DNA of 64,000 nt from an uncultured Clostridia bacterium (GCA_964489735.1 CAZBAL010000006.1:11796-75795), one strand, 5' to 3'. Numbered from the stretch's first letter, positions 49,156-60,992 are shown. Program-made: numbers and translations. Notes: generated from the letters alone by a model not told the origin.

Positions 49156-50805
49156 CTACTTATTGTAGTTATCTGGTAAATCATTTTCAAAAAGAACAAC
49201 ATCTTTAGGCTTTGTCAGATTCTGAAGAACTTGAGTTGCCTGATCTAGACTCTTGACAACGAAGATTGACGCAGCATCGAATCCAACTTCCTCTATACCT
49301 TCTTTTATCGGAATAGCTCTGTCCTCTCCTACAAGGATGGCAAAATCTGCAGTTCTTGCGATATTTCTCCCAAATTCCTTATTCTCTTCATATTCTGAAT
49401 CACCTAGTTCAATCATTCCTGGAGTTATTACGATTTTTCTTCCTTCTTCAAACTTTGAAAGAACATCTAATGCAGCCTTAGCGCCATCCGGGTTTGAATT
49501 AAATGCATCATCTATTATTATTATACCTGTTCCTGGATTTATTAACTGCAGTCTATGAGGAACCGGTTCAACTTTTGCTATTCCTCTGGCAATCTCTTCA
49601 AGTGACATGCCTAGTGCAATACCAGCAGATGCTCCTGCTAAAAGATTGAGTATATTATGCTCTCCTAAAAGCTGAGATTTACATTTCACTTCATTCCCAT
49701 CTCTTGTTCCCAGAACAAACTCAGAACCTGTAGGCATAACTTTTATATCTCTAGCATATACATCTGCTTCTTCTCTAGTATCTATTCCATATATTATCTT
49801 TTTAAACTTCTCTGTCTTATCAGCTAAATCCCTGACATATGGATTGTCATAGTTAAATATAGCTATCCCATCTTCAGGCAGAGCGTCTATTATTTCATAT
49901 TTTGTTTTCTTAATATTCTCAATATTCTTAAACGTTTCTAAGTGAGCAGGACCAACTGAAGTTATAATACCAATCTTATGTCCTACAAGCTCAGACATCT
50001 CTTTTATATCACCAATATTTCTAGCACCCATCTCAGCAACAAATACTTCATAAGATTCATCAAGCTGATTATTTATTACTATACTAACTCCCATTGGAGT
50101 ATTATAACTCTCAGGTGTTTTTAAAGTCTTAAACTTCTCTTCCAAAATAGTTGCAGTCAAAAACTTTGTACTGGTCTTTCCATAACTGCCAGTAATACCC
50201 ACTATATTTAAATCTTTCATTCCTTTGATTTTGTTCTGAGCCTGTACGAAAAACTTTTTATTAATACTGTTTTCTATAGGTACAGATATGTTGTTTGATA
50301 GCTTCAATATTAAAGGCTGTAATACGAACTGAATCGTAGATATAATGTATGAACTAGATACAGCAATTTTTATAAGACTGGTGCTGCTTCTAGAAACAAC
50401 TGTGCTCAATATTGAAACTATTAAAACTATCAATATATTTACAACAGCATGTATTGCTATAAGTCTCTTGACTCTTTTAGTATAAACAAGATCTACCTTA
50501 GCTTTCTCTCTCTTTTCAGATGCAGAATAAACCATAAATGCACACCATGCAACTATAGCGACAAAGCCGATCTTCTGAACATTTACAATCATAGAAATAA
50601 TCATAGATAAAATAGCTGCTAAAGAACCTATTTTTACTTTATTTGAGTAAGCTCTATGATTAAATTCTTTTATCCATTTACTGAAATTATTATTTCTGTA
50701 ACCTTCCAGCTGAAGCATATGTATTAAGAATCTGCTTCTTAGTGTCAGAGCTAGAATCAATACAAACATAGAAATCACAGCAAGTGGAAAAAATACTGTT
50801 ATCAT
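49156..50805 (-). CDS. murF: MurF-type Mur ligase with an N-terminal multi-TM domain
   Basis: 4-5 hydrophobic N-terminal helices, GITGSYGKTSTK, SYNTPMG, VAEMGAR, DDAFNSNPDG, LFENDLPD. Confidence 0.8.
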   Translation of the reverse strand: MITVFFPLAVISMFVLILALTLRSRFLIHMLQLEGYRNNNFSKWIKEFNHRAYSNKVKIGSLAAILSMIISMIVNVQKIGFVAIVAWCAFMVYSASEKREKAKVDLVYTKRVKRLIAIHAVVNILIVLIVSILSTVVSRSSTSLIKIAVSSSYIISTIQFVLQPLILKLSNNISVPIENSINKKFFVQAQNKIKGMKDLNIVGITGSYGKTSTKFLTATILEEKFKTLKTPESYNTPMGVSIVINNQLDESYEVFVAEMGARNIGDIKEMSELVGHKIGIITSVGPAHLETFKNIENIKKTKYEIIDALPEDGIAIFNYDNPYVRDLADKTEKFKKIIYGIDTREEADVYARDIKVMPTGSEFVLGTRDGNEVKCKSQLLGEHNILNLLAGASAGIALGMSLEEIARGIAKVEPVPHRLQLINPGTGIIIIDDAFNSNPDGAKAALDVLSKFEEGRKIVITPGMIELGDSEYEENKEFGRNIARTADFAILVGEDRAIPIKEGIEEVGFDAASIFVVKSLDQATQVLQNLTKPKDVVLFENDLPDNYNK

Positions 50806-50870
50806 AAAAAAACCTCCTATTTAAAATCAGTCTAATCTAAGTATTAGCTGAGAACTCATAAAATATGCTA

Positions 50871-51635
50871 CTATTTTATATTAAAAAAACTTTTGAGAAC
50901 CGCACTGAACTGCGCGTACTGATCAACATATGAAAAATGACCCGCATTCTCCAAGACTACCAATCCGCTGTTCTCAATCTCTTTTTCCATTATTTCTGCC
51001 ATATATACAGGTGTAGCAGTATCATCTCTACCCCAGATTAATAGCGTATTTGCCTTAATATCTTTCAGCAATGGTCTTAAATCCTCATTTACAGTCTTGA
51101 CAAGTATTTTTCTCATCATATCATTAGCATCCTGATAGTCTTGAGATCCAAATTTCGTATAGAATTTTTTTAGTCTCTTTTCCTTATCTATCCAGAAGAA
51201 AGCAAGATTATAGATCTTTCTAAGAGCCTTAAAAGAATAAACTTTGAAATAGTATTTCGGCCCTCTTTTAGGAATTATACCCGCTGCATCTATCAAAACA
51301 ATCTTGTCTATAAGCTCCGGATATTTGCTGGACAGGATTATAGATATCCTTCCTCCAAATGAATGACCAACTAAAATAAGCTTTTTAAATCCCATTTTGT
51401 CAATGAACTTCTTAATATAATCCGCATATTCATAAACTCCCCAGGGCTCACCCGGCTCATCGCTTTCACCAAATCCAGGAAAGTCTATAGTCCAAACCTT
51501 ATAATCATTCTTCAATATATTGTGAACCGGCATCATTGCAGGAATATTAGCCGCCCAACCATGCATAACTAAAATATCCTGTCCTTCACCTTCACATATG
51601 TAGTTCATTTCTACACCATCTATATTTATACGCAT
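50871..51635 (-). CDS. Alpha/beta-fold hydrolase (esterase-like)
   Basis: HGW oxyanion motif, DFPGFG, GHSFGG nucleophile elbow, WGRDD, AGHF. Confidence 0.92.
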   Translation of the reverse strand: MRINIDGVEMNYICEGEGQDILVMHGWAANIPAMMPVHNILKNDYKVWTIDFPGFGESDEPGEPWGVYEYADYIKKFIDKMGFKKLILVGHSFGGRISIILSSKYPELIDKIVLIDAAGIIPKRGPKYYFKVYSFKALRKIYNLAFFWIDKEKRLKKFYTKFGSQDYQDANDMMRKILVKTVNEDLRPLLKDIKANTLLIWGRDDTATPVYMAEIMEKEIENSGLVVLENAGHFSYVDQYAQFSAVLKSFFNIK

Positions 51636-51700
51636 AATACCATCCTAACCAACTGAATTTTGCCTCATATATACCTATTATATCGTATTCTTCGCAAAAT

Positions 51701-51723
51701 AAAAGCGATTCATTAAGAATCGC
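51701..51723 (-). terminator. Terminator after secG
   Basis: GCGATTC-attaa-GAATCGC then TTTT on the minus strand. Confidence 0.65.
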
Positions 51724-51733
51724 ATTAAATACA

Positions 51734-51967
51734 CTATTTTATTACTAATGAAGCAACTATTGCAACTACTATAACTAGTGCACAAGCTATTACTATTTTG
51801 TCTGAGATAGCCTCATAGCTTCTTCCCTGACTTTTACTCCATTCACTATCAGTCATTCCTCCACCAATACTTCCAGAAAGACCGCCTGTTTTATCTTCTT
51901 GCATAAGTACATTTATTATTAAGATTACACTTGCTATAATCACTATTACCATCAAAGCTGTAGACAA
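51734..51967 (-). CDS. secG: Preprotein translocase subunit SecG
   Basis: Two TMs around VLMQEDKTGGLSGSIGGG; eno-secG-rnr neighbourhood. Confidence 0.93.
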   Translation of the reverse strand: MSTALMVIVIIASVILIINVLMQEDKTGGLSGSIGGGMTDSEWSKSQGRSYEAISDKIVIACALVIVVAIVASLVIK

Positions 51968-52005
51968 CTACATCCACCTCCAAATATAAGTATCAAATAT
52001 CATTA

Positions 52006-52034
52006 ATTATATCACATAATGTCATTATGTACAA
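52006..52034 (-). promoter_or_regulatory. Sigma-A promoter for secG, overlapped by a perfect palindrome
   Basis: TTGTAC-17 nt-TATAAT with extended TG; ACATAATG-T-CATTATGT at 52014-52030. Confidence 0.65.
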
Positions 52035-52171
52035 TTATTTCGAGTATTAGAGAAAAAATATTACTGTTTTTTAAAAACATTATTCAGAAAAGAGTTATAA
52101 TATATATATTAGGACGCTTTTTACATAATTCACTCTTTTTTATAATCACATATAAAAAGGAGCTGTTTATT

Positions 52172-54655
52172 ATGAGCACAGAACAAATGGGAATGTTCAC
52201 AGGCAATTACTCATCAAAGGATAAAATCTCTACCATTCATATTGTTTATGAAAACAAAAGAGTCAATATGAGTATAGAGGAAATATTTGATTCTAGAAAA
52301 TACGATATCTTTACTGGTGTAACCTATTCCATTACACCAGAGTTCATGAACAAATACCTATCAAATTTCAACCATAGTCAAATAGTAGTAGGCATATTTG
52401 ATGAAAAAAGTAAATTCGAAGCAAATCAGATGGCAAAAAACATCCAGTCCCAATTTTCAAGAGATATTTCTCTAGAAGCTGTCAATCTTTTTCAGGGGTT
52501 ATCAACAAATATAAAAAACAAGCTAGACAAAAAAATTATGGAGGTTAAAGTTCCTACTTCATATGTAATTCATTCAAAATTCTATTTGATGGAAAATGAT
52601 GATGGAGACAATAGAATAGTAATAGGTTCAGCTAATCTATCTAATCAAGCTTTTAGTGATAAGGTCCCACAATTTGAAAACATCATTATTTTAGACAACA
52701 ATTCTTTGTATGGTCTTTATAAAGACTATTTCAATGATGAAATAAAACCAATACTCAGTGAATACTTCCCTAAAGAACTTCTTAAAATCAATGCTCGAGA
52801 AATAAAGAAAATTACAAAAGAAGAAGAAGTTAATATAGACAAAGTTTTTGCTCTTACAAACGATGATGTTGAAAGAATTAGATCAAAAGCGCCTTTGGAT
52901 ACTATAGATAATTTAAGAGAAAAGGTTGCAATCGGTTTAGTTCCTAAAACTGTTTATAATGAAATGAAAAATATTGATAGTGATAAAGGCAATATTGATA
53001 GTGCGGAAAAAGAAAAAAGTGAGATAAAAAATATTGCTTATGAATTAATAAAAGAATCTATAAATCCTCGTCTAAAGAAACCCAATCTTAAAAAAACTAT
53101 TGATGTACCGAAATTTGTGCGTAGAAAAATTCAAATAATTTCATCCAGTAAGCAAGATGAGAGTCTTGTAAGAAAAGAGTTATACAGTAAATCGGGCGAA
53201 AGAAATCTTGACTCTAATAAAACAGGACTTTTTATCCCAATGAAGTCAGATAAAAACAGTTTGCAGATGTTTGGAGAGATAGCATCTGATGATGAAATTA
53301 AGAAATCTCTAGAAGTTTTAAACCAATTTATGGAAACCTATAGCGACTTCGTTTATAAGTATGAGGATGGTTATGGCCAAAGAATAATGGAGGCTGTAAT
53401 CTACGTTTTTTCTTCTCCATTTATTTATGAATTAAAACAAATGTTAGAGTTGCCCGAAAGCAGACTAGACATACCTCAATTCTTATTTATTGGTGGAACT
53501 GCAGGCTCAGGTAAATCTTCATTGCTAAAAGTCCTCACAAAGATGGTCGGCGTTGATGATAAACCGTACTGGAGATTCGATTCTCTTTACGAAGGCCATA
53601 ATGATAAATCAAACAAAGTCAATATCTTGAGGAATTGGATGACAGAAGAAAATGTAAATCCAATAATGGTAGATGAAATCAATCCCTGGTTCTTTACAAA
53701 TAATCACTATGGCACCGATTTAATAAAAACAATTGCTAACAATAATGTTAACAATGTCAATGCATTCCCAGTACTAATTGGAACAACTAACTCTGATGGA
53801 TATTCACTGCCTGCAGAAGGAAGAAGGAGAAGTTACTTTCTAAAAATTGATAAAATATTCGATTCTGATCATAAAAAAGATTCTCAAATTGTATATCAGG
53901 ATATCTATAATAAAATTGATAATAAGTTGTTTTTAGATTTTGTGTATAGAATGTCTAAAAGAATAGAAAACAAGGATATATATAACTGGAATCATTTTTC
54001 AGAATCTTGTGGTCTAATAGATTTTTTATACCAATCTAGGGAAATATTTAAAGAATACTACAAAGAATCAAATATACCTTTACCAAGGTATTTCCCAATG
54101 GATAGGTATAGTGATGACAGTGAAAGTGCTCAAGAAAAGTGGAGAAAGCTATATAAAAGTTCATCAAAAATACACTTTACATTTGACGAAAATTCTTATC
54201 ATCTGTTCTTTAAACTTTCAACAATAGATGAAAATTCGTTTCAGATATATGGTGGTAAAAAATTGTCGCAAATATATGCAGATTCTATACCACAGAAAAT
54301 ATTAATAGGTTCATCCCAAGGAGTTACAGATATTGAGCTTGATACAGACAAATTTTTCGAATGGATAGGAGAAAGCAACCCCTACAAGGATTATTACAAA
54401 AAGAAACTCCTAGATACTTACTTAGAAGATAAATCTAAAATCGAGGAAAGTAAAGCAGAAATAATAATAGATCTTGAGAAATTAACCGATGATGAATCCT
54501 TAAGAAAAAGAATTTATGAAGCTATTCCTTCAAGTGTTATTAATGAAACGGATGAGCAAACTGTACATTTAAATAAAGTCGAATTCTGTAAATGGCAGAA
54601 CATTCCTTACAAAAACTCACTCTTTAATAGAGTATTTGGAAATTCTAAAAAGTAA
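52172..54655 (+). CDS. PLD-family (single HKD) nuclease fused to an AAA+ ATPase, 827 aa; candidate stand-alone defence/restriction protein
   Basis: AAGGAG RBS before ATG 52172; HSKFYLME...IGSANLS (aa 134 onward); Walker A GGTAGSGKS (aa 441); Walker B IMVDEIN (aa ~501); sensor GTTN (aa 537); RRR arginine-finger region (aa 551). Confidence 0.8.
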   Translation: MSTEQMGMFTGNYSSKDKISTIHIVYENKRVNMSIEEIFDSRKYDIFTGVTYSITPEFMNKYLSNFNHSQIVVGIFDEKSKFEANQMAKNIQSQFSRDISLEAVNLFQGLSTNIKNKLDKKIMEVKVPTSYVIHSKFYLMENDDGDNRIVIGSANLSNQAFSDKVPQFENIIILDNNSLYGLYKDYFNDEIKPILSEYFPKELLKINAREIKKITKEEEVNIDKVFALTNDDVERIRSKAPLDTIDNLREKVAIGLVPKTVYNEMKNIDSDKGNIDSAEKEKSEIKNIAYELIKESINPRLKKPNLKKTIDVPKFVRRKIQIISSSKQDESLVRKELYSKSGERNLDSNKTGLFIPMKSDKNSLQMFGEIASDDEIKKSLEVLNQFMETYSDFVYKYEDGYGQRIMEAVIYVFSSPFIYELKQMLELPESRLDIPQFLFIGGTAGSGKSSLLKVLTKMVGVDDKPYWRFDSLYEGHNDKSNKVNILRNWMTEENVNPIMVDEINPWFFTNNHYGTDLIKTIANNNVNNVNAFPVLIGTTNSDGYSLPAEGRRRSYFLKIDKIFDSDHKKDSQIVYQDIYNKIDNKLFLDFVYRMSKRIENKDIYNWNHFSESCGLIDFLYQSREIFKEYYKESNIPLPRYFPMDRYSDDSESAQEKWRKLYKSSSKIHFTFDENSYHLFFKLSTIDENSFQIYGGKKLSQIYADSIPQKILIGSSQGVTDIELDTDKFFEWIGESNPYKDYYKKKLLDTYLEDKSKIEESKAEIIIDLEKLTDDESLRKRIYEAIPSSVINETDEQTVHLNKVEFCKWQNIPYKNSLFNRVFGNSKK

Positions 54656-54732
54656 AAGAAAACCATAATATTCAATTTGATTATTTATAACATCTTAAAA
54701 TCTTAGTAAAAATATCAATATTTTAATCAATA

Positions 54733-54790
54733 TTAAAAAACCTCGAAATCCCATAGTGAACTGATTTAGTTCCATACTGGATTCCGAGGT
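54733..54790. terminator. Long imperfect hairpin between the convergent PLD-AAA gene and eno (terminator)
   Basis: AACCTCG-AAATCC...GGATT-CCGAGGTT arms with an inner AACT/AGTT pair; T6 on the minus strand and T-rich on the plus strand. Confidence 0.7.
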
Positions 54791-54831
54791 TCTTTCTATC
54801 TCAACAATCGTTCTCTAAAATTACTGAGTAA

Positions 54832-56190
<1,359 letters not shown>

Positions 56191-56209
56191 TTAAATAGCC
56201 ATTAATAAA

Positions 56210-57748
56210 CTACTTTACTAATAAGCTTTTTCCCGTCATTTCTTTTGGAACTTCCAGATCCATCATATCAAGTAGAGTTGGTGCAATGTCGCTGAGCCTT
56301 CCATCTTCTCTCAGTTTTTTGCACTTCTGCCCTAAAACAATACACGGAACGGGATTTGTAGTATGTGCTGTCATCGTAGCTCCAGTGATATAATCACTCA
56401 TCTCTTCAGCATTCCCATGATCAGCAGTTATTATAGCTTTACCTGAAACTTTATTTATAGCTTTTACAACTTTACCTAAACATCTATCAACTGTCTCAAT
56501 TGCTTTTATTGTAGCTTGAAGATTGCCAGTATGACCAACCATATCCGGATTAGCGAAGTTTAAAATAATAATATCATATTCCTTAGCTTCAATCTTCTCA
56601 ATAACAGCATCCATTACTTTCTCTGCACTCATCTCCGGCTGCAGGTCATAGGTTGCAACATTAGGAGAAGGAATTAGAATTCTATCTTCATTTTCATTAG
56701 GAGTCTCCACGCCTCCATTGAAAAAGAAAGTAACATGCGCATACTTTTCAGTCTCAGCGATTCTAAGTTGCTTCAATCCTCTATTGCTTATATATTCACC
56801 AAGTGTATTTGTTAATTCCTCTGACTTAAAGGCAATTTCCATATTTTCTATGGTTGCAGCATACTCTGTCATACCTACAAAAAATACTTCTACTTCCTTT
56901 TTTCTGTCAAACTCGTGAAAATCATCATCCACTATCGACCTCGTAATTTCACGGGCTCTGTCAGGTCTGAAGTTTATAAATACTACAGAGTCATCATCCT
57001 CAATAGTAGCGATTGGTTCATCATTATCATCTACCATTACTATAGGCTTCACAAATTCATCAGTAATTTCTTCATCATAAGAATCCTGAATAGCCTGAAC
57101 AGGATCATTTGCCTTTTTTCCTTCTCCAAGAACTAAAAGATTATATGCCTGCTCAACTCTATCCCATCTGTTGTCCCTATCCATAGCATAATATCTTCCA
57201 ACAATAGATGCAATCTCTCCATTGTCTATATCTACCAATCTGTGAACACCATTTTTTACATATTCTTTTGCACTAGTTGGCGGGACATCTCTTCCATCTA
57301 GAAAAAGATGCAGGTATACCTTATCTATACCATTTTTCTTTGCCATTTCAACGAGTGCGAATAGATGATCTTCATGGCTATGAACACCACCCGGTGAATA
57401 TAACCCCATTAAATGAAGCTTGGAGTCATTTTCTTTACAATTTTTCATTGCTTCGAGTAGAGTTTCATTTTCAAAGAAATCTCCATCTTCTATTGACTTG
57501 GTAATTCTCGTCAGATCCTGATATACAATTCTTCCAGCACCAATATTTGTATGACCAACTTCCGAATTACCCATCTGACCAGTTGGCAATCCAACGTCCA
57601 GTCCGCATGCCATAATATCTACATTAGGATAATTGTCCATATAGCTGTCAAAATTGGGCTTATGTGCGAGCTCTATGGCATTTCCAGGAAATCTGGTGCC
57701 ATCGCCCCATCCATCTAAAATTAATAGTGCAACTAGCTTTTTAGACAT
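56210..57748 (-). CDS. gpmI: 2,3-bisphosphoglycerate-independent phosphoglycerate mutase
   Basis: LLILDGWG, GQMGNSEVGH, GGVHSH, DGRD, AETEKYAHVTFF, DMVGHTG, TADHGNAE. Confidence 0.98.
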   Translation of the reverse strand: MSKKLVALLILDGWGDGTRFPGNAIELAHKPNFDSYMDNYPNVDIMACGLDVGLPTGQMGNSEVGHTNIGAGRIVYQDLTRITKSIEDGDFFENETLLEAMKNCKENDSKLHLMGLYSPGGVHSHEDHLFALVEMAKKNGIDKVYLHLFLDGRDVPPTSAKEYVKNGVHRLVDIDNGEIASIVGRYYAMDRDNRWDRVEQAYNLLVLGEGKKANDPVQAIQDSYDEEITDEFVKPIVMVDDNDEPIATIEDDDSVVFINFRPDRAREITRSIVDDDFHEFDRKKEVEVFFVGMTEYAATIENMEIAFKSEELTNTLGEYISNRGLKQLRIAETEKYAHVTFFFNGGVETPNENEDRILIPSPNVATYDLQPEMSAEKVMDAVIEKIEAKEYDIIILNFANPDMVGHTGNLQATIKAIETVDRCLGKVVKAINKVSGKAIITADHGNAEEMSDYITGATMTAHTTNPVPCIVLGQKCKKLREDGRLSDIAPTLLDMMDLEVPKEMTGKSLLVK

Positions 57749-57779
57749 TTTTTCACTTCCCTTTTGTAAGCTGAAAATA

Positions 57780-58529
57780 TTAGTAGTTAATTAGAGCGCT
57801 GAAATCATCTTTTTTCAGACTTGCTCCTCCAACTAATGCTCCATCAATATCAGACTGGTCCATAAGTTCCTTAATATTGTCAGGCTTAACGCTTCCGCCA
57901 TACTGAATTCTCATTTTATCAGCAGAATCTCCATATTCTTCTCTTACAACTTCTCTAATATGCTTAATAATATCATTTGCTTGTTCAGAAGTAGCAGTCT
58001 TTCCTGTTCCAATAGCCCAAATAGGTTCATAGGCTACCACAAGGTTTTCTATCTGTTCAGATGAAAGCCCTTCGATTCCTTTTTCTATTTGAGACTTTAT
58101 TTTTGATTCAGCTTTGCCTTCTTCTCTTTCTTCAAGAGTCTCTCCACAGCACATTATTGGAGAAATTCCTGTTTCAAATGCTTTTTTTACTTTCTTGTTT
58201 ACAGTTTCATCTGTCTCACCGTAATACTCTCTTCTCTCAGAGTGACCAATTATTACATAATCAACTCCAATATCCTTTAGCATTTCAGCTGAAACTTCAC
58301 CAGTATATGCACCTGATTCTTCCCAGTGCATATTTTGAGCTCCAATCTTTAATTCTGTTCCATCTACAACTTTTTTAACTTCAGTTAAAGATGTAAAAGG
58401 TACACATATCAGTGCTTCTACATTTTCATTAGTTATATCTAGAAGACTTTTTGCAAAATCTACAGATTCTGAAACAGTCTTGTTCATCTTCCAATTTCCT
58501 GCTATTATCGGTTTTCTCAATAAATTCAT
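57780..58529 (-). CDS. tpiA: Triosephosphate isomerase
   Basis: [36 protein letters not shown]. Confidence 0.99.
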   Translation of the reverse strand: MNLLRKPIIAGNWKMNKTVSESVDFAKSLLDITNENVEALICVPFTSLTEVKKVVDGTELKIGAQNMHWEESGAYTGEVSAEMLKDIGVDYVIIGHSERREYYGETDETVNKKVKKAFETGISPIMCCGETLEEREEGKAESKIKSQIEKGIEGLSSEQIENLVVAYEPIWAIGTGKTATSEQANDIIKHIREVVREEYGDSADKMRIQYGGSVKPDNIKELMDQSDIDGALVGGASLKKDDFSALINY

Positions 58530-58537
58530 CTCCTAAA

Positions 58538-59725
58538 TTATTTTTCTTCAATTGCATCTATACCAGGTAGAATTTTCCCTTCAAAGAACTCAAGTGAAGC
58601 TCCTCCACCTGTAGATATATGACTCATCTTATCATCAAATCCAAACTGCTCAACAGCTGCTGCTGAATCTCCACCACCTACTATAGTCATACCATCGCAC
58701 TCAGCCATAGCTTCAGCAACACCTATAGTTCCTTTAGCAAAATTCGACATTTCGAACACACCCATAGGTCCGTTCCACACAACCGTTTTTGCATTCTTTA
58801 TTTCATCAGCAAAAACTTTAATAGTCTCAGGTCCTATATCAAGTCCCATCATATCCTCTGGCATTTGATCAGAAGCAACTACTTTGATTTCTGTGTCATT
58901 ACTAAACTCTTTTCCTACAACTGAATCTATAGGAATTAGCATCTTAACATTTTTCGCTTCGGCTTTTTCCATAAGAGATTTTGCCAGTTCTATTTTATCT
59001 TCTTCAAGTAAAGACTTTCCTACTTCATATCCTTTGGCCTTAAGGAATGTAAATGCCATTCCACCACCAATTATAAGAGAGTCAACTTTTTCCATAAGAC
59101 TTTCAATTACCTCAATCTTATCAGACACTTTAGCTCCACCTAGAATCGCAACAAAAGGTCTCTCCGGATTAGACATAGCTTTACCCATGAAATCAATTTC
59201 CTTTTTAACTAAATACCCCATTCCTGATGGAAGTATCTTGCTAACACCTACATTAGATGCATGCGCTCTATGAGCTGTTCCAAATGCATCATTCACATAA
59301 AGATCCCCAAGTGATGCAAGTTCTGCTGCAAACTCCTCGCCGTTTTTCTCTTCTTCTTTTCTGTATCTAGTGTTTTGAAGAAGAACTATATCTCCTTCTT
59401 TCATCTCTGATACAGCTTTTTTTGCATTTTCACCAACAACATTGTCATCAGCTGCAAACACTACTTCTTTCCCTACTAATTCACTGAATTTTTTAGCCAC
59501 TGGTTCAAGTGAAAATTCTGGTTTTGGCTCTCCCTTTGGTCTACCTAAGTGAGACATAACTATTGCCATTCCACCGTTATCTATAATGTATTTAATAGTT
59601 GGAATTGCTGACTTAATTCTAGTGTCATCAGTGATGTTCTTGTTCTCATCCATAGGCACATTAAAGTCGCATCTAACTAGTACTTTTTTTCCTTTAACAT
59701 TTAAATCTTCTATGCTTTTTTTCAT
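58538..59725 (-). CDS. pgk: Phosphoglycerate kinase
   Basis: [52 protein letters not shown]. Confidence 0.99.
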   Translation of the reverse strand: MKKSIEDLNVKGKKVLVRCDFNVPMDENKNITDDTRIKSAIPTIKYIIDNGGMAIVMSHLGRPKGEPKPEFSLEPVAKKFSELVGKEVVFAADDNVVGENAKKAVSEMKEGDIVLLQNTRYRKEEEKNGEEFAAELASLGDLYVNDAFGTAHRAHASNVGVSKILPSGMGYLVKKEIDFMGKAMSNPERPFVAILGGAKVSDKIEVIESLMEKVDSLIIGGGMAFTFLKAKGYEVGKSLLEEDKIELAKSLMEKAEAKNVKMLIPIDSVVGKEFSNDTEIKVVASDQMPEDMMGLDIGPETIKVFADEIKNAKTVVWNGPMGVFEMSNFAKGTIGVAEAMAECDGMTIVGGGDSAAAVEQFGFDDKMSHISTGGGASLEFFEGKILPGIDAIEEK

Positions 59726-59771
59726 ACCGTTCCTCCTATTTTGTAGATATGTATTGTAAACATCCCTTTAT

Positions 59772-59800
59772 AAACAAATAGAGCCGGCACATGCCGACTC
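59772..59800 (-). terminator. Hairpin between gap and pgk
   Basis: Minus strand GAGUCGGC-augu-GCCGGCUC followed by UAUUUGUUU. Confidence 0.6.
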
Positions 59801-59814
59801 TAAAATTTTATTAA

Positions 59815-60825
59815 TTAAACTCCTTTAGAAGCCACATAGTCAACTAAGTCAACAACTCTTTCTGAGTAACCCCACTCATTGTCATACCATGATACAACTT
59901 TAACCATATCATCTATAACCATTGTTGAAAGTCCATCAACGATTGATGATCTGTTGTCTTTTTTGTAATCAATTGATACTAGAGGCTCATCTGAGAATCC
60001 TAGAATTCCTTTCATTGCTCCTTCTGAAGCTTCTTTAAGCGCTGCATTAACTTCTTCAGCTGTTACTTCTTTCTCTACCTGGAAAGTAACATCTACAACA
60101 GAAACTGTTGGAGTTGGAACTCTCATTGCGAATCCATTTAGTTTTCCTTCTAGTTCAGGAATAACAAGTGCAACTGCTTTAGCTGCTCCTGTAGTTGTTG
60201 GTATTATAGATTCAGCTGCTGCTCTAGCTCTTCTTAAGTCACTATGACTTCCATCTAATATTCTTTGGTCATTAGTATACGCGTGAACAGTAGTCATAAG
60301 ACCTTTTTTGATACCAAATTTATCAAGTACCACTTTAGCAACTGGTGCTAGACAGTTTGTTGTACATGATGCATTTGATAAAATGTGATCAGTGTCTGGG
60401 TTGTAATCTTCATGGTTAACACCCATAACTATAGTTCTATGACACTCTTTAGCTGGTGCAGTCATTATAGCTTTTTTAGCTCCTGCAGTAATGTGCTTTC
60501 CAAGTCCTTCAAGGTCTTTGAATGCTCCTGTAGAGTCTATCGCAATTTCCACTCCAAATTCTTTCCATGGAATTTCTTCTGGGTTTCTATGACTAACTAC
60601 TTTTATTTCTTTTCCATCGATAACGATAGCGTCATCAGTTGCTTTAACTTCACCATCATATATTCCATAAAGTGAATCATATTTGAAAAGATGTGCAAAC
60701 ATCTTAGTATCTCCTGATCCAACGTTGATAGCAACTACTTCAAATCCTAGTGAATCTCTTTCTAGTGATGCTCTTAAAACATCTCTACCAATTCTACCAA
60801 AACCGCTTATACCTACTTTTACCAT
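59815..60825 (-). CDS. gap: Type I glyceraldehyde-3-phosphate dehydrogenase
   Basis: [47 protein letters not shown]. Confidence 0.99.
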   Translation of the reverse strand: MVKVGISGFGRIGRDVLRASLERDSLGFEVVAINVGSGDTKMFAHLFKYDSLYGIYDGEVKATDDAIVIDGKEIKVVSHRNPEEIPWKEFGVEIAIDSTGAFKDLEGLGKHITAGAKKAIMTAPAKECHRTIVMGVNHEDYNPDTDHILSNASCTTNCLAPVAKVVLDKFGIKKGLMTTVHAYTNDQRILDGSHSDLRRARAAAESIIPTTTGAAKAVALVIPELEGKLNGFAMRVPTPTVSVVDVTFQVEKEVTAEEVNAALKEASEGAMKGILGFSDEPLVSIDYKKDNRSSIVDGLSTMVIDDMVKVVSWYDNEWGYSERVVDLVDYVASKGV

Positions 60826-60963
60826 TAAATCAACCTCCCAAAATTTAAGTTCATAACTTATAACAAAAAATAATAAGTACTTCTATATATTTACCCATCT
60901 GGCTGTAAATAACTCAGATGGTTACTTAATAAATCCAAGAGAATAAAAATATCTCTATAATTG

Positions 60964-60992
60964 ATTATAGCTCAAAAGTTGCTAATTATCAA
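60964..60992 (-). promoter_or_regulatory. Sigma-A promoter of the gap operon
   Basis: TTGATA-17 nt-TATAAT, ~135 bp upstream of the gap ATG. Confidence 0.7.

Noticed and set aside
52019-52171. ORF-track N-terminal extension of the PLD-AAA protein
   Set aside because: It overlaps the secG promoter region and is low-complexity; a good RBS (AAGGAG) precedes ATG 52172.
51968-54831. Mobile element boundaries (att sites, TSDs, terminal inverted repeats) around the PLD-AAA gene
   Set aside because: No matching direct or inverted repeats were found on the two flanks, and there is no integrase or transposase. Only a local ATCAATATT duplication occurs on the right side.
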